Source: Octopus vulgaris
Taxonomy: Eukaryota
Assembly: GCA_951406725.2 (NCBI GenBank)
Contig: OX597817.1
Span: 83,576,001 to 83,640,000, forward strand
Direction: 5' to 3'
Length of the DNA stretch: 64,000 nucleotides
The position numbers were made by a program, and so were the translations under genes. Below the pieces are notes generated by a model. That model made no database searches and was not told where the DNA came from. It saw nothing but the letters and a program-made list of their open reading frames with translations. Shown piece by piece: positions 53,700 through 64,000 of the stretch. Numbering within the stretch: the stretch's first letter is position 1; every line of letters begins with the position of its first letter.

Positions 53700-54490
53700 T
53701 TCGTTTTCTGCTTTTGCAGAAGGCAGTGGGCTCCAATGTGGCCTTTTTGACCACATTTAAAACAACGAAGGGTCCTGCCCTCCACCCACACTTTCAACAC
53801 TAGGTCTCCGATTGATACCGTCTCGGCTAAATTTTCAAGTGTCTCCACTGTAGCTTGTACCATCAGCTCCAACGTTTCTCCTTTCCAAACCTAGCCTTCT
53901 GACTTTGAGGCTTGGAGGACGGCTACTTCCTCCTCACTTCTCAGAAGAACAGCCGCCACAAGCCAAGCCACATCAATTTCGGGTGGAATTCCTTCCACGC
54001 TAATTTTTAAGTCCTTCTTCCCATATACGTGGATAGAAGGACCACTTTGTCCGATATTACTGAGTTTGTCGCGTTTTCCTTAGCTTTGGCTTTCATCTTG
54101 TAATGGACTATAACGGTTCCAAATTTATTTCCTCTGGCCAGATACGTAATGTCTTCTTTTCTTTTCTTCTTCCTATTCACCACCATATACTCCTCTTCTA
54201 CTTTCTCCAGACACTTCTCACATACTGGGTTCATCGCTTCGGCATTTTACTCCTGCTCGACACCCTGCTACTATTGTTCCTTTTCACTTTTATCGTCGTT
54301 CTGGGGACACCTTGCTCTCATGTGTCCCCTTACGCCACACTAGTAACAGGTTGGAGGTCTTCCCTCCACCACTACTTTCAATTTCAAGACCTCTTGTAAT
54401 ATTACCTTCACCGCTATCTTATGCAAGTCTTGTAAACTGACTTGGATTGCCACCTCGAGGCCGTATCCCCACCAGTTGACCTCTTTCATC
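53700..54490 (-). pseudogene. Two tandem decayed gag-like ORF1 modules, each ending in a CCHC knuckle
   Basis: 54490-54300: RMKEVNWWGYGLE..VVVEGRPPTCY*CGVRGHMRARCP. 54150-53700: YLARGNKFGTV..STYMGRR..WLVAAV..VWVEGRTLRCFKCGQKGHIGAHC. Confidence 0.7.
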
Positions 54491-54544
54491 CTCGTTACTT
54501 TGAAAACAGTGTTTAACTAAGTCCATCGTATATAGGGCAGAGGT

Positions 54545-54890
54545 CATGGCAAACATTGGACTATGCAAAAGGAATTTTAATAAACGGTATACCAATCATA
54601 TGGCATCCTTCCGCCATAGTGAGAGAAGTAAAGCTACAAAGTTGGCGAGCCACATTTGGGCACTGAATATGAACAATATTCCATATGTTATTAGATTGAA
54701 AATAACAGAAAAGTCGAAGCCATACATGAATGGAGCAATAAATGTAGGCTTTGCTTGGCTGAATGGGCACAAATTCTATTCATATTTAAAATTCCGAACT
54801 CAGTTTTCAACTTAAGATCAGAGCCTTTGAGTTGGTGTAAACATATGTCTAAATATATTCTAAAAAATTGGAAGATTCCACCGATACCGA
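54545..54890 (+). mobile_element. PLE GIY-YIG C-terminal fragment (Naiad-like)
   Basis: IGLCKRNFNKRYTNHMASFRH..TKLASHIWAL..KSKPY, frameshift, KCRLCLAE..NLRSE..CKH. Confidence 0.8.
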
Positions 54891-55305
54891 CCTGACCCAA
54901 AATATTTTTCTAAAATTATTTTCTCAATATAATTTTTTTTTAATCTTTTGTTCTAAGTTTTTTATCTGATTTTCCCAATTTCATTTTACCTTTTCGCAAT
55001 TCTCATGGAGGTTAGGATACAGACATAATAGCGTCGAGTTATATCGACTTTTACAATTTTTCCACCCTCTCATTTCATTTTGTACCATATTATCGACCTT
55101 CAAATTTTTCGACTTATATTTACACGATTTATGTATATTCTCTATCAGATTTTCCCGCTTATTTTTACACGATTTATGTATATTTATTTATATTGTATAT
55201 TTAATATAACTTGCATAGTGTATGTACTGTGTTTGGCTTTGTATAAGCATGAGTTTGTATGGTCTTTGAGCTCTATAAAGTCTTTGTATATATAATTTCA
55301 GATAA

Positions 55306-55343
55306 GGCGGCGAGCTGGCAGAAACGTTAGCACGCCGGCCGAA
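55306..55343 (+). mobile_element. Meta-type SINE head fragment
   Basis: ggcggcgagctggcagaaacgttagcacgccgg. Confidence 0.7.
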
Positions 55344-55473
55344 CATTTTTCATTCAATGCTTTTTTAGTTCTTTTTGCTATACTCTCTCTGTCTATCTAT
55401 CTTGCTATCTCTGTCTCTCTCTCCCTTTCTCTCTTTCTGTCTGTCTCTGTCTCTGTCTGTCTCTCTCTCTCTG

Positions 55474-55547
<74 letters not shown>

Positions 55548-56145
55548 AATAATCCTTTCTAATCTACCCCTACCACAGACTTGGCTTGTTTTAAATAATC
55601 TTTTAACAGTCCTTTTTTAACGTCTCCGTTTTGACATAATCTTTCCTACATGACGTCATTTATGTTCAACTACTTTTACTTCACATTTTATACCTAAACC
55701 TTTTATTTTTTTCCCACTTTGCAACTTTTTCCTCTGCTTCCTATCAAGTTTCATTATCATATGCTTTTACCTCATCTCCGTATTTTCTTCTGACTTCGTA
55801 CCTAGTTTTGTTATATATATTTTTTTTCTCTCCTATTAGACTGTTTTCTTAGTTTTTCCTTCAGTTTTTTTTTTCTTTTCATATTCCCACCTTCTTCTCA
55901 CTTGTTTCACCTCCACATATCACTCTTGCAAAACTACAATCAACCACTAACTAACCACCTCTACGTCACCTATGCCCATCTGCTTTCACAGTTACCCTCC
56001 TATACGTGCACACAACACACCACCTCTTTTCTTCCTAATTCCTTCCCACAGAACTACATTCCTACCTAGCTTGGCCCCTTAACTTTTTCCTTCTCTCTTA
56101 TTTCCTTTTTCTTCTCGCCATTCCACCGCCCTTCCTCTTTTTCGA

Positions 56146-56275
56146 TTTTCTGATGAAGGTCTAACCCCAGAATTATCAACAATTTTTTCCCTTCTCTTTC
56201 AAGTGTTGGTTTAATAACACATTTTTGAAAACTAGTTCCTCTTGTGCCTTTTCTTCTTTTTTGCTCATTCATCAT
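56146..56275 (+). mobile_element. PLE-like 3' terminus with degenerate HHR
   Basis: CUGAUGA-AGG(ucuaac)CCC-a-GAAU, then agtgtt..taata..gttcc and a T-rich end at a TG repeat. Follows a long pyrimidine-rich tract. Confidence 0.4.
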
Positions 56276-57734
56276 ATGTGTGTGTATGTGTGTATAATTA
56301 ATAATATGTATATATACACATACACACATATACATATTACATACTTGTGGGTGTATGTTTGTGTGTATGTGTTTCTGTGTTTGTGCGTACGCGCGAGTGT
56401 GTGCGTGTGTGGGGGAATGTATGTCTGTGTGTAAATTTGTCAAGGAATAAATATATTACTTATGAACTCTTTTCTCAAGCTCAGTCGTGTTTATTTGATA
56501 TCCTTCGAAATAATTTTATTACAATTTGCAATTCATTCTTTCTTTTTATTATTTTTGTGGCAAATGTATGTACATACGGCCGACATTTGTTACATTAATG
56601 TCTATGGATTATCTTTTGAAAAATATTCTAGTAATATTCTTTCGAAATTATTAACTGAAACGTGAAGAAAATATTATTACTGAACATAATTGAAAATCAA
56701 TTCCAAAATATTGAGCTGACATGATATCAATTTTCTGACAATGGCTGTAAGAAACATTTATGTTAGATAACTGAAATAGCAACTGCGTTAATTTTAGAAC
56801 GAAAACAGGTTTATTATTGTGAAGACGTTTGGAACTTCTATTAATCCAATTTCCTTTGAAGAATTGATTTTATTAATGTAGTATATGTCTTTATGCTTTT
56901 CACATTTATATAAAATGCTTACCATGAGAGACCTCATATTAATTTTATCGATAATATCAACTTCTTTTATTTCATCCGGTGGTTAAAACGTTTCCAGGAA
57001 ATATGGCAATTCATTTTCATTTGAGTAATGGTCCGTCGAATTCGAACCCAAAACTGCTAAAAGAAAATCTCAAAGCAGACTTCAGGTATGAAATATCAGA
57101 GCGCCAGTACTGGTATAAATCATAATTATGGTGTTACCTTCTCAGGCTATAGTATAGAAGAAACAAGACAATTGTGGTTATGAAATGCTTATTACGGTTC
57201 TACATACTCGGGCAGCAGCATGCAAGAAACGGTACAGCATCATGTAAAACAGTATTCAAGAGAGTTCGATAAATTCATTTACCGTCAGGAATAGCAGTTT
57301 TAGGCTCTTTTTTTGTTTAAATGTGAGGAAAATCCTGCAGTTGTGACCTAGGCTGTTGACAAATCACGTAGCTCCAGTCCAAGTCCCAAGATAGCTACTT
57401 TTCCTTACTTTTCTCACTCTCGGATGATGAACAAGGCACGAAACGACAGATCATCAATCCAAGCCATAGTCACTCTTTCTGTCTTCCAAAGACTAATGAC
57501 AAGATCCAAAACGAGCAACATCTGGAAACTAAACTCTTCAGCTAAGCAAAAAGGAAAAATTAAAGCGAAAGGAGAAACCCTGAACGAAAGTAAACGTTTA
57601 GAAAAGTCAAAGATAAAAAAGAAATCTTTTTGAAAACTGAAAGCTTGAGGATAAAATGAAAATGCGTTGAATTATTTTTGTTAAATTTATGTATTTGTTT
57701 TGCAAGATTCTTTATGTAAAATCGTATGTTGAAA

Positions 57735-58135
57735 CATATATTGTTATATTTGGAGGTGGTCGTTTTACTTTTTTTTTCTTTCCTTTTTCAGGTAAACACA
57801 CGCACTATTTATTTGATTTTCAATTTAGTTTTATTATCAGAATTCTATCGTTACACATTCAGTGACCTCTTCTGTGACTTTTTGATCCTCGAGTCTCTAT
57901 TCCTCTTTGGTCTTTCCTTGTCTATTCCATTTTGTCTTAATACCACAGAAAGACAAAATGGAATAGACAAGACTAAAGAGGAGTGGAAAAACGAAGAACA
58001 GAAAGTCACTGAAGCAGTCACTGAATGAGTGACGAAAGAACTCTGATAATAAAGCTAAAGTGAAAATCAAATAAATAATGCGTGTGTTTATTGGCAAAAA
58101 CAGTAAACAAGAAAATGCCCAAATATAACAATGTC
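57735..58135. repeat. ~400-bp imperfect palindrome (foldback or MITE-like)
   Basis: Centre cttgtctattccattttgtctt / aagacaaaatggaatagacaag. Outer pairs taaacacacgca..tatttatttgattttca / tgaaaatcaaataaata..tgcgtgtgttta and ttgttatatttgg / ccaaatataacaa. Confidence 0.9.
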
Positions 58136-59467
58136 CCCAAATATAACGATATTTTTATTAACTTATATGTTAGATAACGTAACGTGAATAAATTGGTTAT
58201 ATAGGTTTCCATGGGGTTGCTTGGGGAGGAGAACTTGTTGCTGAAATACTATTGGGCAAATCTGCTTCTGGTTAGTGATGGGGAAACAAATGTCAATACG
58301 GTTGCAGAAGTTGTCTCCTTTATATGTGTGTGTGTAATATATATATAAATATATATATATAAAATATAGGCAAATCAAACATAGAAACAGGGAAACCAAC
58401 GTAAGGCAAGAGGATGTACATAGTGAATATATTACATTGACGCACAGAGAAAATTTAAGATGGAAAAAAAGAGAGTGTAACATTTTGAGCGTAGTTCTTC
58501 ACCAGAAAGAGATTATGTTCAATGCGTGTACTCTGGAAATCCTCTCCTTAGCTGATGTCCAACGGATGACCCAGAAAACTTGTCTTTTAAGCTGTCCTTC
58601 AACAAGTTTACAGGAAGCATTTTAACGTCAGAATTTGACCTTGAGTTGGGTATCTAAACCCGTTACACATTTTTTCTTGTAATATTCTTGGCTGGTCCTG
58701 TGAATTCTATTTACTTGCATACTACCAATTCCATGTTCAATTATGGATACGACCAACAATTTGATTTTTTGTTTTCTTTTGCTCTCTCATGATCACAGAA
58801 TGCATTTTTGTTGTCTTTTTTCATTTTTGTTTTCAATTAATTGGTGAGCTTTAAGTTTTCGTGTATGACTAAGAATGGCAGAACATCAAATGTACCTTTA
58901 ATAACTTAAGTTTTCTTTACCTTTCTTAACAATGCTGTTTGAAAGATCAATAATTGTCAATATTTCTTATTCCCTTCAAAGCCAGCCAAATATATTCCTT
59001 CGCACCGAAATATTTAAGCGATCACACATCATCGATACATAAAATGATTGTATTATTTCTGTGTCTTTTTCTGTTTTTATTTTTGTTAATTTAAGATCCT
59101 CGTAAGACTTATCTTAATTAGCATCATCACAAGCATTAAAAGTGGGCGAATACGAAAAAGGAATTTTTGTGAAAGTTGAAACAGGAAATCGTCTACTTTA
59201 TATGTTTACCTTCAGGTAACTTCTTTTATCGCATTTTCTAAACATTTTAATTTTAATTTTCATTCAATCTGACTAAATTTTCATTGTACCGTTTCCTCTT
59301 CCAAATATTCCAAATCAGAAGATTTTTGCAAATCATTATTGGTTGTTTCGTCTCTCATTTGTTTCACTGAACCGTGTGCAACTATATTAAATAACTTCAC
59401 AAGTTTTTCTCTTTAAAAACTGGAGAATGCCTGTTGAAAGTTGGCTTTTCTTGTAACTAAATACCTG

Positions 59468-59493
59468 ATTGTTATTATTATTATTATTATTAT

Positions 59494-59547
<54 letters not shown>

Positions 59548-59578
59548 CAGCTGCAGCAGCAACAGCAGCAGCTGCAGC

Positions 59579-59623
<45 letters not shown>
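59468..59623 (+). repeat. Compound (ATT)(AGT)(AGC)(AGT) microsatellite
   Basis: Directly visible. Confidence 0.95.
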
Positions 59624-59624
<1 letters not shown>

Positions 59625-59947
59625 ACTATAATATTTTACTTTCAAAATCGGCAAAAGTTATATTGTTCGCAATTTAATTTGAATAAAGGATTCTTTTCAG
59701 TCACACAACAATTCATATATAACAATAGAAATATATTTCCCTTAGCACCTGGATAATCGCAGTGAGAAAGCCTTTGAGAAGTGACGAAACAGGCTTCTTA
59801 CATATAGGTATGCACATACACAAACACACACACACACACACACACACACATCCACACAAACAAACACGCAGAGAAACGCACAGACACACATCACACACAC
59901 TTGCACAAATGCAACTCATATTTACAATTTACAAATATATATATATA

Positions 59948-60223
59948 TCACCGTCACCGTCACCGACCAGGCTATCAGATGTTGCTACACATCACTGGTC
60001 ACAATGCGCTTCGCATTGTTTTAGCCTTCAGGCCAACAGAAGAAAGAGTGAGATAAAGTTGTGGCGAAAGAGTACAGCAGAGATCGCGACCACCCCCTGC
60101 CGGAGCCTCGAGAAGCTTTGAGATGTTTTCGCTCAATAAACACTCACATCGCCCGGTCTGGGAATCGAAACCGCGATCCTACGACCACGAATTCGCTGCC
60201 CTAACCACTGGGCCATTGCGCCT

Positions 60224-60226
<3 letters not shown>
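59948..60226 (-). mobile_element. tRNA-derived SINE related to the 24871 copy, with a different 3' tail
   Basis: A box TGGCCCAGTGG, B-box-like GGTTTCGATTCC, shared aaagttgtggcgaaagagt; (ggtgac)n tail. Confidence 0.85.
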
Positions 60227-60321
<95 letters not shown>

Positions 60322-60331
60322 AATGGATATA

Positions 60332-60381
<50 letters not shown>

Positions 60382-60602
60382 GGGGATAAATGTTTTTTAT
60401 TTTCCTCTAGTTTCAGAATTACTACTATTTTTTGCGGTTTTGAGTTTTAGCTGCTCTTTTCAAGTGAGTCGAACGACCTTCTCAGGGTCATTCTTTAATA
60501 TTTTGTTGAATGTATCATATAGTCTGTGACTATTTCTATTTTCTCACTTGACCGCTGGTGGCAGAAAATTTTTCTTGAATTTTTTGTTACCCTTATATTG
60601 AT

Positions 60603-60682
<80 letters not shown>

Positions 60683-60989
60683 AATGGATAATGTCGGTTT
60701 ATGGGATTACCTTAGGTTTCCCGTCCATAAAGGGTTTAGCTTTATGGCGTATCGTTAGGCCCCAAAAGCTGCTGGCCATTGACCTCATCAAAATATACAG
60801 GGTAAATGTCTCGCTACTCAAAGGTAAACAATAGGGATTTATCTCTCTTTGCTATTGGTTCGGCTCCGGAAGTCGATAGCCCATATTTTGAAGAGGTCAT
60901 AGGCTTACAATATTTGGGGTGACTATGTTATTTGGTGTTATAGTTTTCCCATAGTTCTGTTTGCAGACCGACATGAAAACCAGAGTTGC

Positions 60990-61865
60990 AGATAAACAGT
61001 GGGTAATCAAAAATTCAAACAGAACCCAAAAATGTTCTATTCATATGCAAATAAGCATAGGACCGCTGTCTCTTCCATTGGTCCATCGATCGATGATAAC
61101 GGCATTCCCCAACATGATGCTAAAGAAATGGTAGAAGTACTGAAGAAACAATACTGCTCTGTCTTTAGTGATCCCACTGATATTGACGTAAGGGAAGCGA
61201 ACGAAGTTGATTCCCAACATAAAATCTCGGACATAACCATCACTGCCTCAGACACCATAGCAGCAATAAATGAGGTAAAATACTATTCTGCTGTAGGCCC
61301 TGATAGATTCCCCACTAGTCTCCTCAAGGAATGTAGACACCAACTTGCAGTCCCTTTGATCAACCTCTGGAGAAATTCTTTAGACTCAGGTTATATACCG
61401 AAACAGCTCCTATCACAGTTTGTCATTCCGGTTTTGAAACAGGGAAGCAGATCCCTCGCAGTCAACTATCACCAAATCTCACTCACCTCCCATATCATTA
61501 AAGTGTTTGAAAGAGTGATAAGATCAAAGATAGCTGGTTTCCTGGAGATCCACAAACTCCTAAATTCGAATCAGCATGGCTTTTACTGTGGCAGGGACTG
61601 TCTAACACAGCTCTGACACCACATCGATAATATACTTAAAGCCTTGGGAACAGGTTTGAATTCTGGTGTCATATATTTTGACTTCAGTAAAGCGTTCGAC
61701 AGAGTTGACTATAATATTTTACTCTCAAAATTGGCAAATTTTGGAATCCGTGGAAAACTTCTACAGGGATTGAGTATTTCTTGGCGATGGAGTTCACTCA
61801 AGTCCAACAAAAGTCACCAGTGAAGTCACACATGGGACTCCTCTTTATAATTAATATAAACGGCC
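60990..61865 (+). mobile_element. CR1-group LINE ORF2 (RT) fragment
   Basis: KQNPKMFYSY, SAVGPD, VIPVLKQG..NYHQISLTS..KVFER, NQHGF..RDCLTQL, VIYFDFSKAFDRV. Stop at 61614, deletions downstream. Confidence 0.9.
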
Positions 61866-62699
61866 TTTCCAGCGTTTGTAAGATTTGATTAATATTTCTA
61901 ACAGGGTGGGTTCCCATTTTAGAGATCTCTTCGCTGGCTGAGATTCATTGTTTGAAAAATACACGTCAAACTAACTTCTGTGTTTGCAGTCTGTATTATA
62001 ATTAGACAACGATAATAAAAAGAAGACGTCTTAAAAGTGATAAAAGAAATATATATTTACCCCTTAACACTATATAAAAGACCTAAGCTTCTAATCTTTC
62101 TGATAATTCTACTTTAAAACTTTTCAAGGAAGGATATTTTTTTTAATTATGTCTCAATAACTACACCTAGAGCACCAACTTCGAAGTGAAGAAATTCATC
62201 CAAAATTACTTTACAAACTTAGCCATCAATGTAAGTAATTTATTTTTTGAGACATCTAAATGTAATCTTAAATAGATAGGTACCCATTTATCATTGCTTT
62301 GGAAAGTATCTTCAAATTGGATGTTATTGTTATGTGAAGAAAGGTAGCTGCAGGCACTTTCAAAAGATTAGAACCATGTTACACTCTATATTTAATCATA
62401 TTTGACTGGCTTTTAATTTCTAAACTACGCTGTCGTGTGTGGGTGAAAAGTAAAATCGATCCTGATAGGATTTGAATTTAAAACGCAGGAAAACGCAAGA
62501 AAATTTAATCAAGTTTCCTTAATTTCCGCCACCGGGCAGCATTGTATTAGAAATTGAAGCAACCACCACAATAAATTATTTAAACACGCTTTCTGAATGA
62601 TTATGATGAACTCATGATTGTAAACGATTTATTACATATATTGAGCTATCGGTATGTTTAATGAAATCGTATCAGTTTTCAATGTGAACTGAACAAAAA

Positions 62700-62895
62700 G
62701 CGGTGAGCTAGCAGAATAGTTAGCACGTCGGGTCAAGTGCACAGCACCATTTCGTCCATCTTTACTTCCTGCATTCTAATTCTGCCAATGTCGACTATAC
62801 CCTTTATCCTTTCGGGATGGATAAAATAATTACCATTTGAGCACTTATCCTCTCTCGCAAAGCTGCAGGCCTTGTGCCAAAATATGAAACCAACA
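62700..62895 (+). mobile_element. Meta-domain-type SINE, diverged
   Basis: gcggtgagctagcagaatagttagcacg..cctttatcctttcggg..ggccttgtgccaaaat. Confidence 0.75.
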
Positions 62896-63900
62896 TTAAC
62901 TGAACAAGTAAAGCTATTATCGATGACTATTTGTCATACCTTGCACCGGGGAATTTAACCAAAGTTTTTCCAAATCATCTTACATATCTTAGTGTCCTCT
63001 TTTATCTTATTCACAACATTCTAGATTTTGCTGCACATTAGGAGAGTGAATGTGGCGTTTTTTTTTTCATTCATTGAGAATGGATCTAAATTCTTCTAGT
63101 TTAACTCACCAGATTAGCTTAGACTATGCATAGTCAGACAACTTCTGTTGTTAAATACTTGCTGCTTTGTTTCTTAACGACTTCAGCCACACAACTTCAG
63201 CACCAATACCATTCACCATTTTTACCCTCCACGTCTAATTATTGTCCTTTAGAAGATTATGATAAAGTAAGATCATTATCTAATAACGTTATTTCAAACA
63301 TATCTCTTACTCCAACAACTACAGTCTTTAATAAATTTCTGTACTCATATTTTCACACAACTTGATACAGTTTGGTGATAAATGAAAGCAAAAGTTTCAG
63401 ATATAAATTCTATCATTTTAATGAAGTGAGTTCTTCTCTAAATTACATTTTCTTTTGACACGAAAACCGCTCAAAACTCTTTGACAACGACATAATTATT
63501 CAGAGCTTTCTTTTATCACAACGTCGGCCTTCTTTTCTATGAATATTAAACACGCCAAGTTTTCTTGGTTATCTCCTGGTGTCATTTATTGATTTCCTGC
63601 TACTTTGAATCTCTATGTCAACTTCGTTGACTCGGTTTAAACAGAAATTGAATAATTCTGAAGGCTTTATGCTAAATGTTGCCATAAGGTGATCATTAGA
63701 TTTTTCTTTTCTTACTCGGCAAACGGTATTAAAAACTCTGGCATTTGTTTTTTTTTTTTATATTTTATACTTTTTGAGATACATTTTAAGTCTTTTATGC
63801 TCAATGCAGTGTCAGTTCTCACATCATGTCAATTTCAGATATCTATATGACTATATTAGCACGATCTTAAATCGATTTCAGTATTAGGATCTTCCACAGA

Positions 63901-64000
63901 GCGGCGAATGAGCAGAATCTTTAACAAACTGGGCTACGTGCTTAGTGGCATTTTGTTTTCCTAGAGCTCTGAGTTCAAATTCCACTGAGGTCTACTTTGC
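63901..64000 (+). mobile_element. Meta-domain-type SINE, cut by window end
   Basis: gcagaatc..tgcttagtggcatttt..tctgagttcaaattccactgaggtc. Confidence 0.7.

Noticed and set aside
56998-57085. Exon-like segment ttccag|..|gtatga (NMAIHFHLSNGPSNSNPKLLKENLKADF)
   Set aside because: Splice signals are plausible but there is no homology or partner exon; cannot be separated from chance.
60780-60900. 17-bp inverted repeat tgacctcatcaaaatat / atattttgaagaggtca
   Set aside because: Short and single, with no TSD or second copy in the window.

Overview
AT-rich eukaryotic genomic DNA, mostly intronic or intergenic, very rich in microsatellites, SINEs and decayed transposons. The repeat families suggest an octopus or other cephalopod genome (inference, no search run). 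Recognisable elements: a near-intact 5'-truncated Penelope-like retroelement (PLE; RT plus GIY-YIG, Neptune-type linker) with a ~3 kb CA-rich tail ending in a hammerhead-like motif; two further PLE GIY-YIG remnants; an R4/Dong LINE inserted in (TAA)n; RTE, CR1-like and Tx1/L1-like LINE fragments; Tigger, mariner, Tc1-like and hAT remnants; several non-autonomous Helitrons; and three tRNA-SINE types. At least 7 minimal hammerhead ribozyme (HHR) motifs mark probable PLE termini, one of them inside a 160-bp inverted repeat. Also present are a ~750-bp direct duplication flanking the PLE, a ~400-bp palindrome, and a probable last exon of a host single-pass membrane protein (47826-48010) that the ORF track misses. 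Most listed ORFs are microsatellite artefacts. All alignments, translations and pairings were done by eye, so boundaries are approximate.
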